Source: an uncultured Gemmatimonadales bacterium (GTDB taxonomy: Bacteria; Gemmatimonadota; Gemmatimonadetes; Longimicrobiales; Longimicrobiaceae). From it: a stretch of 64,000 nucleotides of DNA. The notes below the pieces were generated by a model. It was not told the origin of the DNA. It was given only the letters and a program-made list of their open reading frames with translations, and made no database searches. The stretch spans positions 2,496,001 to 2,560,000 of the forward strand of contig OY970303.1 in NCBI GenBank assembly GCA_963716255.1, in the 5' to 3' direction. The translations under genes were made by a program, and so were the position numbers. Positions 19,124-28,970 of this stretch are shown piece by piece. The stretch's first letter is position 1, and every line of letters begins with the position of its first letter.

Positions 19124-22100
19124 ATGTCGCTTCCCCAGCTCTCCATCCGGCGCCCCGTCGCGGTCGCCATGTTCTTCCTGGGCGTCGTCTTCCTGGGCGT
19201 CCTGTCCTTCGTCCGCCTCCCCATCGACCTCCTCCCGGACGTAGCCTACCCGCGGCTGGTGGTGTTCACCAGCAACGCCGGCGTGGCCCCCGCCGAGGTG
19301 GAGCGCTTCATCACCGAGCCGGTGGAGCAGGCGGTGAGCACCGTCCCCGGCGTGCAGAACGTGGAGAGCACGAGCCGCGAGGGCGGCTCGCTGGTGACGG
19401 TGCGCTTCGCGTGGGGCACGGACATGGACTTCGCCGCGCTGGGGGTGCGCGAGAAGCTGGACAACCTGCGCGACGCCCTCCCCGAGCTGGCCTCGCGCCC
19501 GGTGGTGCTGCGCACCGACCCGCGCAGCGAGCCGGTCATGGCGCTGTCGGTGGCGGGGAGCCGCGACCTCCCCGCGCTCAAGGACCTGGCGGAGTCGGTG
19601 TTCCGCCGGCGGCTGGAGCAGATCGACGGAGTGGCCCAGGCCACGGTGACCGGCGGCCTGGAGCGCGAGATCCAGGTGGAGGTGGACCCGCGGCTGCTGG
19701 AAAGCTACGGGCTCACCATCGACGACCTGGCGGCGACGCTGGACGCCGCCAACGCCAGCGCCCCGGGCGGAACCATCCGCCGCGGCCGCTACCGCTACTC
19801 GCTGCGCACGCTGGGCGAGTTCCAGAGCGTGGAGGAGATCGGGATGGTCCCGCTGGGCCCCGGGAGCGAGCAGGGACAGGGCGGCGGCGCCGCCGCCCAG
19901 GGGGCGAACGGCGGTGGCGCGGGGGGCGCCGGGCTGAAGCCGGTGAGCGAGGTCCTGCTGCGCGACGTGGCCCGCATCACCGACGGCTTCGAGGAGCGCG
20001 AGTCCGTGGCCCGCTTCAACGGGCAGGAAGCGGTGGGGCTCCTGGTGTTCAAGGGCGCCGAGGCCAACACGGTCCGGGTGGCGGAGCAGGTGGAGGAGGT
20101 GATGGCGCAGCTCCGCAAGGAGTACCCGGAGATCAAGCTGGAGGTGGCCATGAGCCAGGCCGGCTTCATCTCCGACGCGCTCGCCAACGTGGTGCAGGAG
20201 GTGCTCCTGGGCGGCGTCCTCGCCTTCCTGGTACTCTTCCTGTTCCTGCGCGAGGTGCGCTACCCCATCGCCGTGGCGCTCGCCATCCCCATCTCCCTGA
20301 TCGCCACCTTCGCGCTGCTCCAGGCCGCGGGCGTGTCGCTCAACCTGCTCAGCCTGGGCGGGCTGGCGCTGGGCGTGGGAATGCTGATGGACAACTCCAT
20401 CGTGGTGCTGGAGAACATCTTCCGGCACCGCGAGCGGGGCCTGGGCCCGGCCGCGGCCGCCGCCCTCGGCGCCGAGGAGGTGCAGCGGGCCATCACCGCC
20501 TCCACGCTGACCACCATCGCGGTGTTCGGCCCCATCGTGTACGTGGAGGGCGTCGCGGGCGAGCTGCTGGGCGCACTGGCGCTCACGGTGGCGTTCTCGC
20601 TCCTGGCCAGCATCGGGGTGGCGGTGACGCTGCTTCCCACCCTGGCCGCGCGCTGGGGGGAGGGCTCCGGCCGCCCGCCCGGCCGCGTGGGCGCCGCCGT
20701 GGGGCGCTTCTTCGCGCCGCCGCTGGACGCCTTCGAGCGCGGCTTCACGCGCTTCACGGAGTGGTACGAGCACCTGCTGGAAACGGGGATGCGGCACCGC
20801 GGGCGGGTGATCGGGCTGGCCATCCTGCTGCTCGCGGTGGGGCTCGGGATCGGCGCGTCGCTGGAGCGCAGCGTCCTGCCGGACGTGGACCAGGGCGCCT
20901 TCCGGGCGCGCCTCGAGATGCCGCGCGGCACCCCGCTGGACGTCACCGCGGAGGAGGCCGCCCGGCTGGAAGCCCTCTTCCGCCGCGACCGGGCGGTGGA
21001 CGCGGTGTTCACCCGCGCGGGCCGCCAGCTGGCGATCGCGGGGATGGACGAGGCGGAGAGCGGCACCCACACCGCCACGCTGGAGGTGCGCCTCAAGGAG
21101 GGAGAGAGCACCGCGGCGACGCTGGCGCGGCTCCGCGCGGGGCTCGCCGCCTTCCCGCCGGGAAGCGTGTCCATCGAATCGGGACAGGCCACCGCGCTCG
21201 GCAAGCTCCTGGGCGGCGGCGAGTCCGACCTTGCGGTGCGGATCCGCGGCGAGGACCTGGACGCCGCCCTGGCCTACGCGCAGGAGGCCGAGCGGCGCCT
21301 GGCGGGGCTGGGCGCGGTCACCAACGTGCGCCTGGGGACGGAGATGGGGCAGCCGGAGGCGCGGGTGGAGATCGACCGGGAGCGCGCGGCGCAGTACGGG
21401 ATCGATCCGCGCAAGGTGGCGGAAACGGTGGAAGCGTACATGAAGGGGAAGAAGGCCACCGAGTTCGTGGACTTCGACCGCAAGATCCCCGTGGTGGTGC
21501 GCCTCCCGGAGGCCGAGCGCCGCTCGCTGGAAACGCTGGAGGCGCTGCGGGTGGAGGGCATCCCGCTGCGCGAGCTGGTCCAGGTGCACACCGCCTCGGG
21601 GCCCTCGGAGATCCGGCGCATGGACCAGAGCCGCGTGGTGGTGGTGCACGCGGACGTGGCCCCCTCCGCCGGGGGGGTGGACGAGGCGGTGGCCGCGGTG
21701 CGCGCCACGCTCTCCTCGCTCCCCGCGCAGCACGGGCTGCGGGTGGAGATCGGCGGCGAGAACGAGGAGATGCGCAAGGGCTTCCGCGCGCTCAGCTTCG
21801 CCTTCGTGCTCGCGCTGCTGCTGGTGTACATGCTCCTCGCCGCCGAGTTCGAGTCGCTCCTGCACCCCTTCATCATCCTGCTGGCCGTCCCCCTGGCCGC
21901 GGTGGGCGCCACGGCGGCGCTCTGGCTGGCTGGCGCGGGGATCAACACCATGAGCCTCATCGGCATGGTGATCCTGGTGGGGATCGTGGACAACGACGCA
22001 GTGGTCAAGGTGGACTTCATCAACCAGATGCGGCGCGAGGGGATGACCCGCCACGAGGCGATCCGCGCCGCCGGCCACGCCCGCCTGCGCCCCATCGTGA

Positions 22101-22369
22101 TGAATTCCATCACCGCGGGGCTCGGGCTGCTCCCCATGGCGCTGGGAATCGGGCCCGGCGCCGAGCTGCAGGCGCCGCTGGCGATCGCCGTGCTCGGCGG
22201 GCTGACCAGCGCCACGGCGCTGACGCTGGTGGTGATCCCCGTCGCCTACGACGTGCTGGAAGAGTTCGGTGAGCGGATGAGCGCCTGGTGGGGACGCCCG
22301 GTCTCCGCTCCGGCCCCCTCGCCCGCCCCCGGCCCGGCGGTGAGCGCCGGCGCCGCCATGGGCGACTGA
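19124..22369 (+). CDS. RND efflux permease subunit 1 (AcrB/MdtB-like)
   Basis: SIRRPVAV, LPIDLLPD, GMLMDNSIVVLENI, RLRPIVM; 1081 aa with a Gly-rich insert. Confidence 0.95.
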   Translation: MSLPQLSIRRPVAVAMFFLGVVFLGVLSFVRLPIDLLPDVAYPRLVVFTSNAGVAPAEVERFITEPVEQAVSTVPGVQNVESTSREGGSLVTVRFAWGTDMDFAALGVREKLDNLRDALPELASRPVVLRTDPRSEPVMALSVAGSRDLPALKDLAESVFRRRLEQIDGVAQATVTGGLEREIQVEVDPRLLESYGLTIDDLAATLDAANASAPGGTIRRGRYRYSLRTLGEFQSVEEIGMVPLGPGSEQGQGGGAAAQGANGGGAGGAGLKPVSEVLLRDVARITDGFEERESVARFNGQEAVGLLVFKGAEANTVRVAEQVEEVMAQLRKEYPEIKLEVAMSQAGFISDALANVVQEVLLGGVLAFLVLFLFLREVRYPIAVALAIPISLIATFALLQAAGVSLNLLSLGGLALGVGMLMDNSIVVLENIFRHRERGLGPAAAAALGAEEVQRAITASTLTTIAVFGPIVYVEGVAGELLGALALTVAFSLLASIGVAVTLLPTLAARWGEGSGRPPGRVGAAVGRFFAPPLDAFERGFTRFTEWYEHLLETGMRHRGRVIGLAILLLAVGLGIGASLERSVLPDVDQGAFRARLEMPRGTPLDVTAEEAARLEALFRRDRAVDAVFTRAGRQLAIAGMDEAESGTHTATLEVRLKEGESTAATLARLRAGLAAFPPGSVSIESGQATALGKLLGGGESDLAVRIRGEDLDAALAYAQEAERRLAGLGAVTNVRLGTEMGQPEARVEIDRERAAQYGIDPRKVAETVEAYMKGKKATEFVDFDRKIPVVVRLPEAERRSLETLEALRVEGIPLRELVQVHTASGPSEIRRMDQSRVVVVHADVAPSAGGVDEAVAAVRATLSSLPAQHGLRVEIGGENEEMRKGFRALSFAFVLALLLVYMLLAAEFESLLHPFIILLAVPLAAVGATAALWLAGAGINTMSLIGMVILVGIVDNDAVVKVDFINQMRREGMTRHEAIRAAGHARLRPIVMNSITAGLGLLPMALGIGPGAELQAPLAIAVLGGLTSATALTLVVIPVAYDVLEEFGERMSAWWGRPVSAPAPSPAPGPAVSAGAAMGD

Positions 22370-22404
22370 GGCCCGTCCGGCCCTCCCCGGCACGGAGCCG
22401 CCGT

Positions 22405-23350
22405 GTGAGAACCGCCGTCCTGCTCCGGCTCGCCGGCACCGGGCTCCTCCCCCTGCTCGCCGCGTGCGGCGGCGACGCCCGCGCCGCCGGGCCCGTCGTG
22501 CGCGACAGCGCCGGCGTGCGGATCGTCGAGAACGGCGCTCCCGCCTGGAAGGAAGGAGAGGGGTGGCGCCTTTCCGACGAGCCGGCGCTGGACATCGGCA
22601 TGGTGGACGGCCCGCCGCAGTACCAGTTCGGCGACGTCGCCGGGATGGTGCGGCTGAGCGACGGCACCGTGGTGGTGGGCGACGACCAGAGCAAGGACCT
22701 GCTATCTCCGGCTGGATCCGGCCGGCGGTCCGCCGAAAAAGGTGGGGCGGTTCCCGGGGCCCGAGAGCTGGGTGCAGACGAACGGCGGCGGGATCATGGT
22801 CACGTCCCCGGCCTTCGGCCGCACCTCCAGGCTCGCGGTCGTGCCGGACGGGTTCTTCTTCGGCTCCGCGGACGCGCACGAGATCCGCAGGTACGACGCC
22901 GACGGCAAGCTGGTCCGGCTGATCCGCAGGCGGGAACGACTCCGCCCCGTCACGCCGGCCGACATCGACCGCTACAAGCAGGGCCTGAGAAAGGACATGG
23001 AGGCGTCGAAGGAGCCCTTCCTCCGGCAGATGCTGGAAAGGAGCCTGGCCGAGATGCCGTTTCCCGAGACGATGCCCGCCCACGGGGACATCCGGGCGGA
23101 CCGCGCGGGCAACCTGTGGGTGAGCGACTTCCAGCTCACCACGGAGGACGCGGGCCGCTGGACCGTCTTCGACCCGCAGGGCCGCATGCTCGGAGCGGTC
23201 GCCACGCCGCCGCGCTTCCAGGTCCACGACATCGGCACGGACTACGTGGCGGGCGTCTGGAAGGACGAGATGGACGTGGAGCACGTGCGCATGTTCTCGC
23301 TTGAAAAGTCCGGGGCGGGCAGCCATGCCTCCCCCGCGACGAACCCCTAG
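22405..23350 (+). pseudogene. 6-bladed beta-propeller lipoprotein, internally deleted and frameshifted
   Basis: N-part (LAAC...RDSAGVRIVEN) and C-part (GRFPG...WKDEMDVEHVRMFSL) match the downstream paralog in different frames; about 100 codons missing near 22702. Confidence 0.85.
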
Positions 23351-23383
23351 TCCAATGCCCCATCCCTTCAACGGAGCCCCCAC

Positions 23384-24622
23384 TTGAGAGCGTCTACCCT
23401 TCTCCGCGCCGCCGGAGTCCTGGTCCTCCCGGCCCTGGCCGCGTGCGGAGCCGACACCCCCGCCGTCCGCGCCGAGTCCCGCGACAGCGCCGGCGTGCGC
23501 ATCGTCGAGAACGCAGCCCCCTCCTGGAAGGCGGGAGAGGAGTGGCGGCTCTCCGCCAAGCCGACGCTGGAGATCGGGCTCGCGAACGGCGCGGCCGCCT
23601 ACCAGTTCGGGCGGGTCACCGGGGCGGTGCGCCTCGGCGACGGCACCGTGGTGGTGGCGGACGCCCTGAGCAGGCAGCTGCGCTTCTTCGACCGCAGCGG
23701 GCGCCACGTGAAGACGGTGGGGCGCGAGGGCGGCGGCCCCGGCGAGTTCAAGAACATGAACCCGCTCACGGCGACGGGAGACTCGCTGGTGGTGGGGGAC
23801 CAGTCCAACCAGCGCGTCACCGTGTTCGCCCCGGACGGCAGCCTGCTCCGCGCCGTGCCGCTGGTGGTCCCGGGAATGGAAGGGTTCATCCGGCCGATGG
23901 GCTCCCTCCGCGACGGCAGCGTGCTCGTCGTCGCCGGGACGCTGGCCCGCGGCGAGGCCGCGGACGGGATCTCGCGCGACAGCGTCACGATCGTGCGGCT
24001 GCTCCCCGGCGGCGCCCCGCGCCCGCTGGGCCGCTTCGCGGGGGACGAGATGTTCACGCAGGGCCAGGGCGGCGCGGTGATGATGGCCCCCCGCGCCTTC
24101 GGCCTTTCCGCGGAGGTGGTGGCGTTGCCCGACGGGTTCTTCTACGGCTCCACCGACAGCTACCGGATCGGCAGGTACGACGCGGAAGGGAAGCTGCTGC
24201 GGCTGATCAACGTGCAGCAGGAGCCCCGCAAGGTCACCCCGGAAGACATCGCGCGGTACAAGGAGGGCCGGCGGCAGGCGTCCGCCCAGAGCGGGCGGCC
24301 GCCGCAGGTCCGGCAGCTCCTGGAGCGGAGCCTGGAGGCGATGTCGTTCCCGGAGACGCTGCCGGCCTACAACGAGATCCGGGCGGACCCCGAGGGCAAC
24401 CTGTGGGTGAGCGACTACCGGATCACGCCGGACGACCCCGGGCGGTGGACGGTGTTCGACCCGGAAGGGCGCATGCTGGGGACGGTCGCCACCCCCGAGC
24501 GCATGCGCGTCCTCGACATCGGCCGGGACTACGTGCTCGGCGCCTGGGCGGACGACATGGACGTGGAGCACGTCCGCATGTTCGCGCTGGAAAAGCCCGC
24601 GGGCGCCACGCGGGCCCCGTGA
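23384..24622 (+). CDS. 6-bladed beta-propeller lipoprotein
   Basis: Lipobox LAAC, RDSAGVRIVEN, VGREGGGPGEF, WTVFDPEGRMLG. Confidence 0.85.
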   Translation: MRASTLLRAAGVLVLPALAACGADTPAVRAESRDSAGVRIVENAAPSWKAGEEWRLSAKPTLEIGLANGAAAYQFGRVTGAVRLGDGTVVVADALSRQLRFFDRSGRHVKTVGREGGGPGEFKNMNPLTATGDSLVVGDQSNQRVTVFAPDGSLLRAVPLVVPGMEGFIRPMGSLRDGSVLVVAGTLARGEAADGISRDSVTIVRLLPGGAPRPLGRFAGDEMFTQGQGGAVMMAPRAFGLSAEVVALPDGFFYGSTDSYRIGRYDAEGKLLRLINVQQEPRKVTPEDIARYKEGRRQASAQSGRPPQVRQLLERSLEAMSFPETLPAYNEIRADPEGNLWVSDYRITPDDPGRWTVFDPEGRMLGTVATPERMRVLDIGRDYVLGAWADDMDVEHVRMFALEKPAGATRAP

Positions 24623-24652
24623 CCGCGACCCGTCCTCATTCGCGCGACTGAC

Positions 24653-27600
24653 GTGATCCGCTTCTCCATCCGCCGCCCCATCGCCGTCGCCATGGCGTAC
24701 CTGGCCGTCTCCATGCTGGGAGTCGCGGCCTGGGTGCTCGTGCCCATCGAGCTGCTCCCCGAGACGGAGCTGCCGCGGCTCACGGTGAGCGCCTCGTGGC
24801 CGGGCGCCTCGCCGGAAGCGACGGAGGCGTTCCTCACCTCGCCGCTGGAGGCGGCCATCCAGCAGGTGCGCGGCGTGGAGAAGGTGTCCTCCACCTCGGA
24901 GGAGCAGAACGGCACGGGCGCGGCCTCCATCTCGGTGGAGTTCGCGCGGGGGACGGACATGGACTTCGTGCGGCTGGAGCTTTCCGAGCGGCTGGCGGCG
25001 CTGGACGAGGACCTTCCCGACGGCGCCGCCCGGCCCACGGTGGAAAGCTACGTCCCCGAGGAGCTCCAGGACCAGAACCGGCCCTTCCTGCGCTACACCG
25101 TCACCGGGCCGTACACGGTGGAGGCGCTCCGCAAGCACGTGGACGACGTGATCGCCCCGGAGCTGCGCCAGGTTGACGGCGTCGCCGACGTGTCCGCGCA
25201 GGGCGGGCGCGAGCGGATGCTGGAGATCCAGGTGGACGAGAAGAAGGCGCTCGCCCTGGGGCTGGACCCCTCGGCCATCGGCCAGCGCATCCGCGACCTG
25301 GAGTTCGTGCGCGAGTCGGGGGTGGTGCGGGAGGGCGGGACGGAGTACACGGTGGCGATCCGCCAGCGGGCGGAAAGCACGGTGGAGGTGCGCCGCCTCC
25401 CGCTCCTCACCGACAAGGGGCGCCTGGTGCGGCTGGAGGACGTGGCCGTGGTCCGCGACACGTACGAGGACCCGTTCACCTACTACCGCATCGACGCGCA
25501 GCCCGCGGTCTCGTTCATCGTGCAGAAGGAGATCGGCACCAACGCGGTCGCCGTGGCCGACCAGGTCAAGGCGCACCTGGAGACGATCGCCGGCACGCAC
25601 CCGCGCGGCGTGCGGCTGATCCTGGACGACGACCAGAGCGAGGCCATCCGGGCGCAGCTCACCGACCTGCGCTACCGCGCGCTCTCCGGCGGGATCATCG
25701 TCTTCGTGGTCCTGCTCTTCTTCCTGCGCTCCTTCCGCTCGGCGGCGATCGTCTTCTCGAGCATCGCGTTCTCGGTCCTCATCACGCTCAACCTCATCTA
25801 CTTCGGCGGGCTGACGCTGAACGTGCTGACGCTGATGGGGCTGGCGATGGGGTTCGGGCTGGTGATCGACAACTCGGTGGTGGTGCTGGAAAACATCTTC
25901 CGCCGCCGCAAGCTGGGCGACTCGGCGGAGGAAGCCGCCCGGCGAGGCTCCGGGGAGATGGTGCTCCCGGTGCTGGCGGCGACGCTCACCACCATCATCG
26001 TCTTCGTCCCCTTTGTCTACCTGCAGGGCGAGCTGCGCCTCTTCTACATCCCGCTGGCGATCGTGGTGGGGTTCACCAACGTGGCCAGCCTGTTCGTGAC
26101 GTTCACCTTCATCCCGGCGCTGGCCGGCCGGCTGCTGCGGGTACAGCGCCGCTTCCGCCCGGCGCCGGACGCGGCGGGCGCACCGGGTGCGGGGCCGGCG
26201 GCGGTCGCGGCGCCGGAGCGGGCTCCCGCCTACGTGCGCCTGTACTCGGGGATGGTGCGCGGGTCGCTGCGCTTTCCGTGGGTGACGGTGGTGGTGTCGC
26301 TGATGGCGCTGGCCGGGTCGTGGTACCTGTTCGACACGTACGTCACCCGCGGCACGGTGTGGCGGCCCTGGTGGGAGCGGGAATCGTACATCTCCATCAG
26401 CGTGGACCTGCCGCGCGGCGAGGAGCTGGAGCGCACGGACGAGCTGGTGCGCTTCTTCGAGGGCCAGCTGAAGCAGATGCCGGAGGTGGAGCGCTTCACC
26501 ACCAACGTGCGCCCGCAGGCCGCGCGCATCGTGGTCACCTTCCCGGACTCGCTGGAGAACTCCGGGATCCCGGCCGCGATCAAGGAGCAGATGGAGGCGT
26601 ACAGCCACCTCTTCGGGGGGGCGGAGGTGCGCGTGACCGGGTACGGGCCCTCCTTTTACGGCGGGGGCGGGAGCCCGCCCAACTACTCCATCCAGGTGCT
26701 GGGCTACAACTACCAGACGGTGCGCGACATCGCGGACGACCTGGGCGAGCGGCTGACGCGCTTCTCGCGGATCCAGGACGTGGACACCAACTCGTCCGGC
26801 GCCTGGTACGTGCGCGACAAGGCGACGGAGGTGGTGCTGCGCATCGACCGGCGGCGGCTGGCGCTGCACGGGCTCTCGGCGAACGACGTGGCCAACCGGG
26901 TGGCGTCGGCGGTGGGGGGGCAGTCGCGGCGCGACCGGGTGCGGCTGGCCGGCGAGGAGGTGGGCTTCGCCATCCGCACGGGCGACCGGGAGCAGATGGA
27001 CGTGCTCTCGCTCCAGGAGATGCTGATCCCCGCGCCCTCCGGCGAGGCGGTGCGCCTGGGCGACGTGGCGGCGCTGGAGGAGCGGGAGGTGCTTTCGCGC
27101 ATCCTCCGCGAGGACCAGCAGTACCAGCGCACGGTGAGCTACGAGTTCCGCGGCCCCACCAAGCTGGGCGACCGGGTGCAGAAGGCGGTCATCAACGCCA
27201 CGCGCCTTCCGGCCGGCTACAGCATCAAGGGCAAGGAGGACTGGCGCTGGTCGGACGAGGAGCAGGAACAGATCTGGGGGGTGCTGGCGGTGTCGCTGGT
27301 GCTCATCTTCATGGTGACGGCGGCGCTCTTCGAGTCGCTCCGCCTGCCGCTGTGCGTGCTGCTCACGGTGCCCATGGCGCTGATCGGGGTGTTCCTGACC
27401 TTCTTCTTCGCCGACGCGAGCTTCACCCGCGAGGCGTTCATCGGGGTGATCATGATGGGCGGCGTGGTGGTGAACAACGCCATGCTGCTGGTGGACCACG
27501 TCAACCAGCTCCGCCGCGGCGACGGGCTGCCGCTGGAGCCGGCGATCCTGCGCGGGACGCTGGAGCGGGTGCGCCCCATCCTGATGACCAGCGCGGTGAC

Positions 27601-27832
27601 CATCCTGGGGCTGCTGCCGCTGGTGGTGTTCAGCGAGTCGGCGGACTCCAACATCTGGAACGCCATGGGCTACGCGCTCCTGGGCGGGCTCGCCAGCTCC
27701 ACCGTGCTGGTGCTGACGGTGACGCCCGCGCTGTACCTGCTCTTCGAGCGCGGGCCGGAGCGGAAGAAGCTGGCCGCCGCGGCGCCGGCCGCGCCGGCCC
27801 TCCAGCCGGTGCCGGAGCCGGTGCCGGCGTGA
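24653..27832 (+). CDS. RND efflux permease subunit 2
   Basis: SIRRPIAV, GLVIDNSVVVLENI, RVRPILMT; 1059 aa. Confidence 0.95.
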   Translation: MIRFSIRRPIAVAMAYLAVSMLGVAAWVLVPIELLPETELPRLTVSASWPGASPEATEAFLTSPLEAAIQQVRGVEKVSSTSEEQNGTGAASISVEFARGTDMDFVRLELSERLAALDEDLPDGAARPTVESYVPEELQDQNRPFLRYTVTGPYTVEALRKHVDDVIAPELRQVDGVADVSAQGGRERMLEIQVDEKKALALGLDPSAIGQRIRDLEFVRESGVVREGGTEYTVAIRQRAESTVEVRRLPLLTDKGRLVRLEDVAVVRDTYEDPFTYYRIDAQPAVSFIVQKEIGTNAVAVADQVKAHLETIAGTHPRGVRLILDDDQSEAIRAQLTDLRYRALSGGIIVFVVLLFFLRSFRSAAIVFSSIAFSVLITLNLIYFGGLTLNVLTLMGLAMGFGLVIDNSVVVLENIFRRRKLGDSAEEAARRGSGEMVLPVLAATLTTIIVFVPFVYLQGELRLFYIPLAIVVGFTNVASLFVTFTFIPALAGRLLRVQRRFRPAPDAAGAPGAGPAAVAAPERAPAYVRLYSGMVRGSLRFPWVTVVVSLMALAGSWYLFDTYVTRGTVWRPWWERESYISISVDLPRGEELERTDELVRFFEGQLKQMPEVERFTTNVRPQAARIVVTFPDSLENSGIPAAIKEQMEAYSHLFGGAEVRVTGYGPSFYGGGGSPPNYSIQVLGYNYQTVRDIADDLGERLTRFSRIQDVDTNSSGAWYVRDKATEVVLRIDRRRLALHGLSANDVANRVASAVGGQSRRDRVRLAGEEVGFAIRTGDREQMDVLSLQEMLIPAPSGEAVRLGDVAALEEREVLSRILREDQQYQRTVSYEFRGPTKLGDRVQKAVINATRLPAGYSIKGKEDWRWSDEEQEQIWGVLAVSLVLIFMVTAALFESLRLPLCVLLTVPMALIGVFLTFFFADASFTREAFIGVIMMGGVVVNNAMLLVDHVNQLRRGDGLPLEPAILRGTLERVRPILMTSAVTILGLLPLVVFSESADSNIWNAMGYALLGGLASSTVLVLTVTPALYLLFERGPERKKLAAAAPAAPALQPVPEPVPA

Positions 27833-28701
27833 AGCGGCCGGTCCTGCTCCTCGCGGGCGTGCTCCTGGGCGCCGCTCCCGCCGCCGCGCAGCGGGCGGAC
27901 ACCGCGCTGGTGTCGCTGGTGAGCGCGGAGCGCGCCTTTTCCGCGGCGTCCGAGGCCCGCGGCATTCCCGCGGCGTTCCTGGCGAACGCGGCCGACAGCG
28001 GCCTGGTGTTCACCCCGGCACCGGCCCGTGCGCTGGAGCAGTACGCGGGGCGCCCCGCCCCGCCGGTCCTACTCACCTGGTACCCGGTCGCCGCGAAGAT
28101 CTCTGCGGCGGGGGACATGGGCTACACCACGGGTCCGTTCGAGCTGAAGCCCGGGACCGCCGGTCCTCCTCCCGCCTACGGCCACTACTCCACCGTGTGG
28201 AAGCGGCAGGCGGACGGGCGGTGGAAGTTCCTGGCCGACCTGGGGATCTCGCACCCGCGGTCCGCCCGCGCGCTCCCGGGCTGGACCCCGGCGGACGCGC
28301 CGCCGGCCCGCTCCACGGGCACCGGCCCCGCCGGCGTGGAGGCGGTCCGCACGTCGCTGCTGGAGGCGGAGCGGGCGCTCGCCGCCGACGCGGCGGCGCG
28401 GGGCTTCGCGGAGGCGCTGCTCGCGCGGGGCGCGGAGGGGGTGCGGGTGCACCGCGACGGCTCGGAGCCGGCGATCGGGGCGGCGGCGGCCCGCGCGCTG
28501 CTGGCGAGGGAGCCCGCCGTGTCCGGCTGGACGACGGCGCACGCGGAGGCGGCGCGCAGCGGCGACTTCGGCTGGGCGCACGGCAGCTTCCGCATGGCGG
28601 GCGGCACGGGGAGCTACCTGCGCGTCTGGGAGCGCGGCGCGGACGGGACGTGGCGGGTGGTGCTGGACGTCACGGCGCCGCCCCCGCCGCCGCGGGGCTG
28701 A
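27829..28701 (+). CDS. Secreted tandem NTF2-like/DUF4440 protein
   Basis: GTG overlapping the RND stop (GTGA), signal peptide, two copies of GD.G...G...Y..VW.R.ADG.W. Confidence 0.82.
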   Translation: MKRPVLLLAGVLLGAAPAAAQRADTALVSLVSAERAFSAASEARGIPAAFLANAADSGLVFTPAPARALEQYAGRPAPPVLLTWYPVAAKISAAGDMGYTTGPFELKPGTAGPPPAYGHYSTVWKRQADGRWKFLADLGISHPRSARALPGWTPADAPPARSTGTGPAGVEAVRTSLLEAERALAADAAARGFAEALLARGAEGVRVHRDGSEPAIGAAAARALLAREPAVSGWTTAHAEAARSGDFGWAHGSFRMAGGTGSYLRVWERGADGTWRVVLDVTAPPPPPRG

Positions 28702-28722
28702 TCGTCCGGCGAAGAGGGTGCT

Positions 28723-28754
28723 GCGGGCCGGGATCCACGTGGATCCCGGCCCGC
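28723..28754. terminator. Perfect 32-bp palindrome, probable terminator of the RND operon
   Basis: GCGGGCCGGGATCCAC|GTGGATCCCGGCCCGC. Confidence 0.6.
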
Positions 28755-28924
28755 TCTGCTTCTCCGCCGGACCGCACCGCGCGGGGATCCCCGCGACCGC
28801 AAAGCGCTCCGCCGCCCGGCACCCCTCACGTTTCACCGCGGCCGTCCGCACGCAGGCAAACCGGAAAACGGGCTGTATCCAACCTGCTCGTGAGCCCCTG
28901 CTCGCGGACGCCAGCGCGATGCCT

Positions 28925-28970
28925 GCGTGAGGGATGCGAGCGCGAAGCGGCGAGACCCGGCGGCTGTTTG
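28925..28970 (+). repeat. Family A repeat, copy 5, left part (interrupted by the IS)
   Basis: GCGTGAGGGATGCGAGCGCGAAGCGGCGAGACCCGGCGGCTGTTTG ends exactly at the IS left end. Confidence 0.9.

Noticed and set aside
16358..27499. 3713-aa minus-strand ORF and other giant antisense or alternative-frame ORFs (622-3048, most of 11486-15964, 47820-50909)
   Set aside because: Shadows of real genes in high-GC DNA; rich in Arg/Pro/Ala/His with no domain motifs
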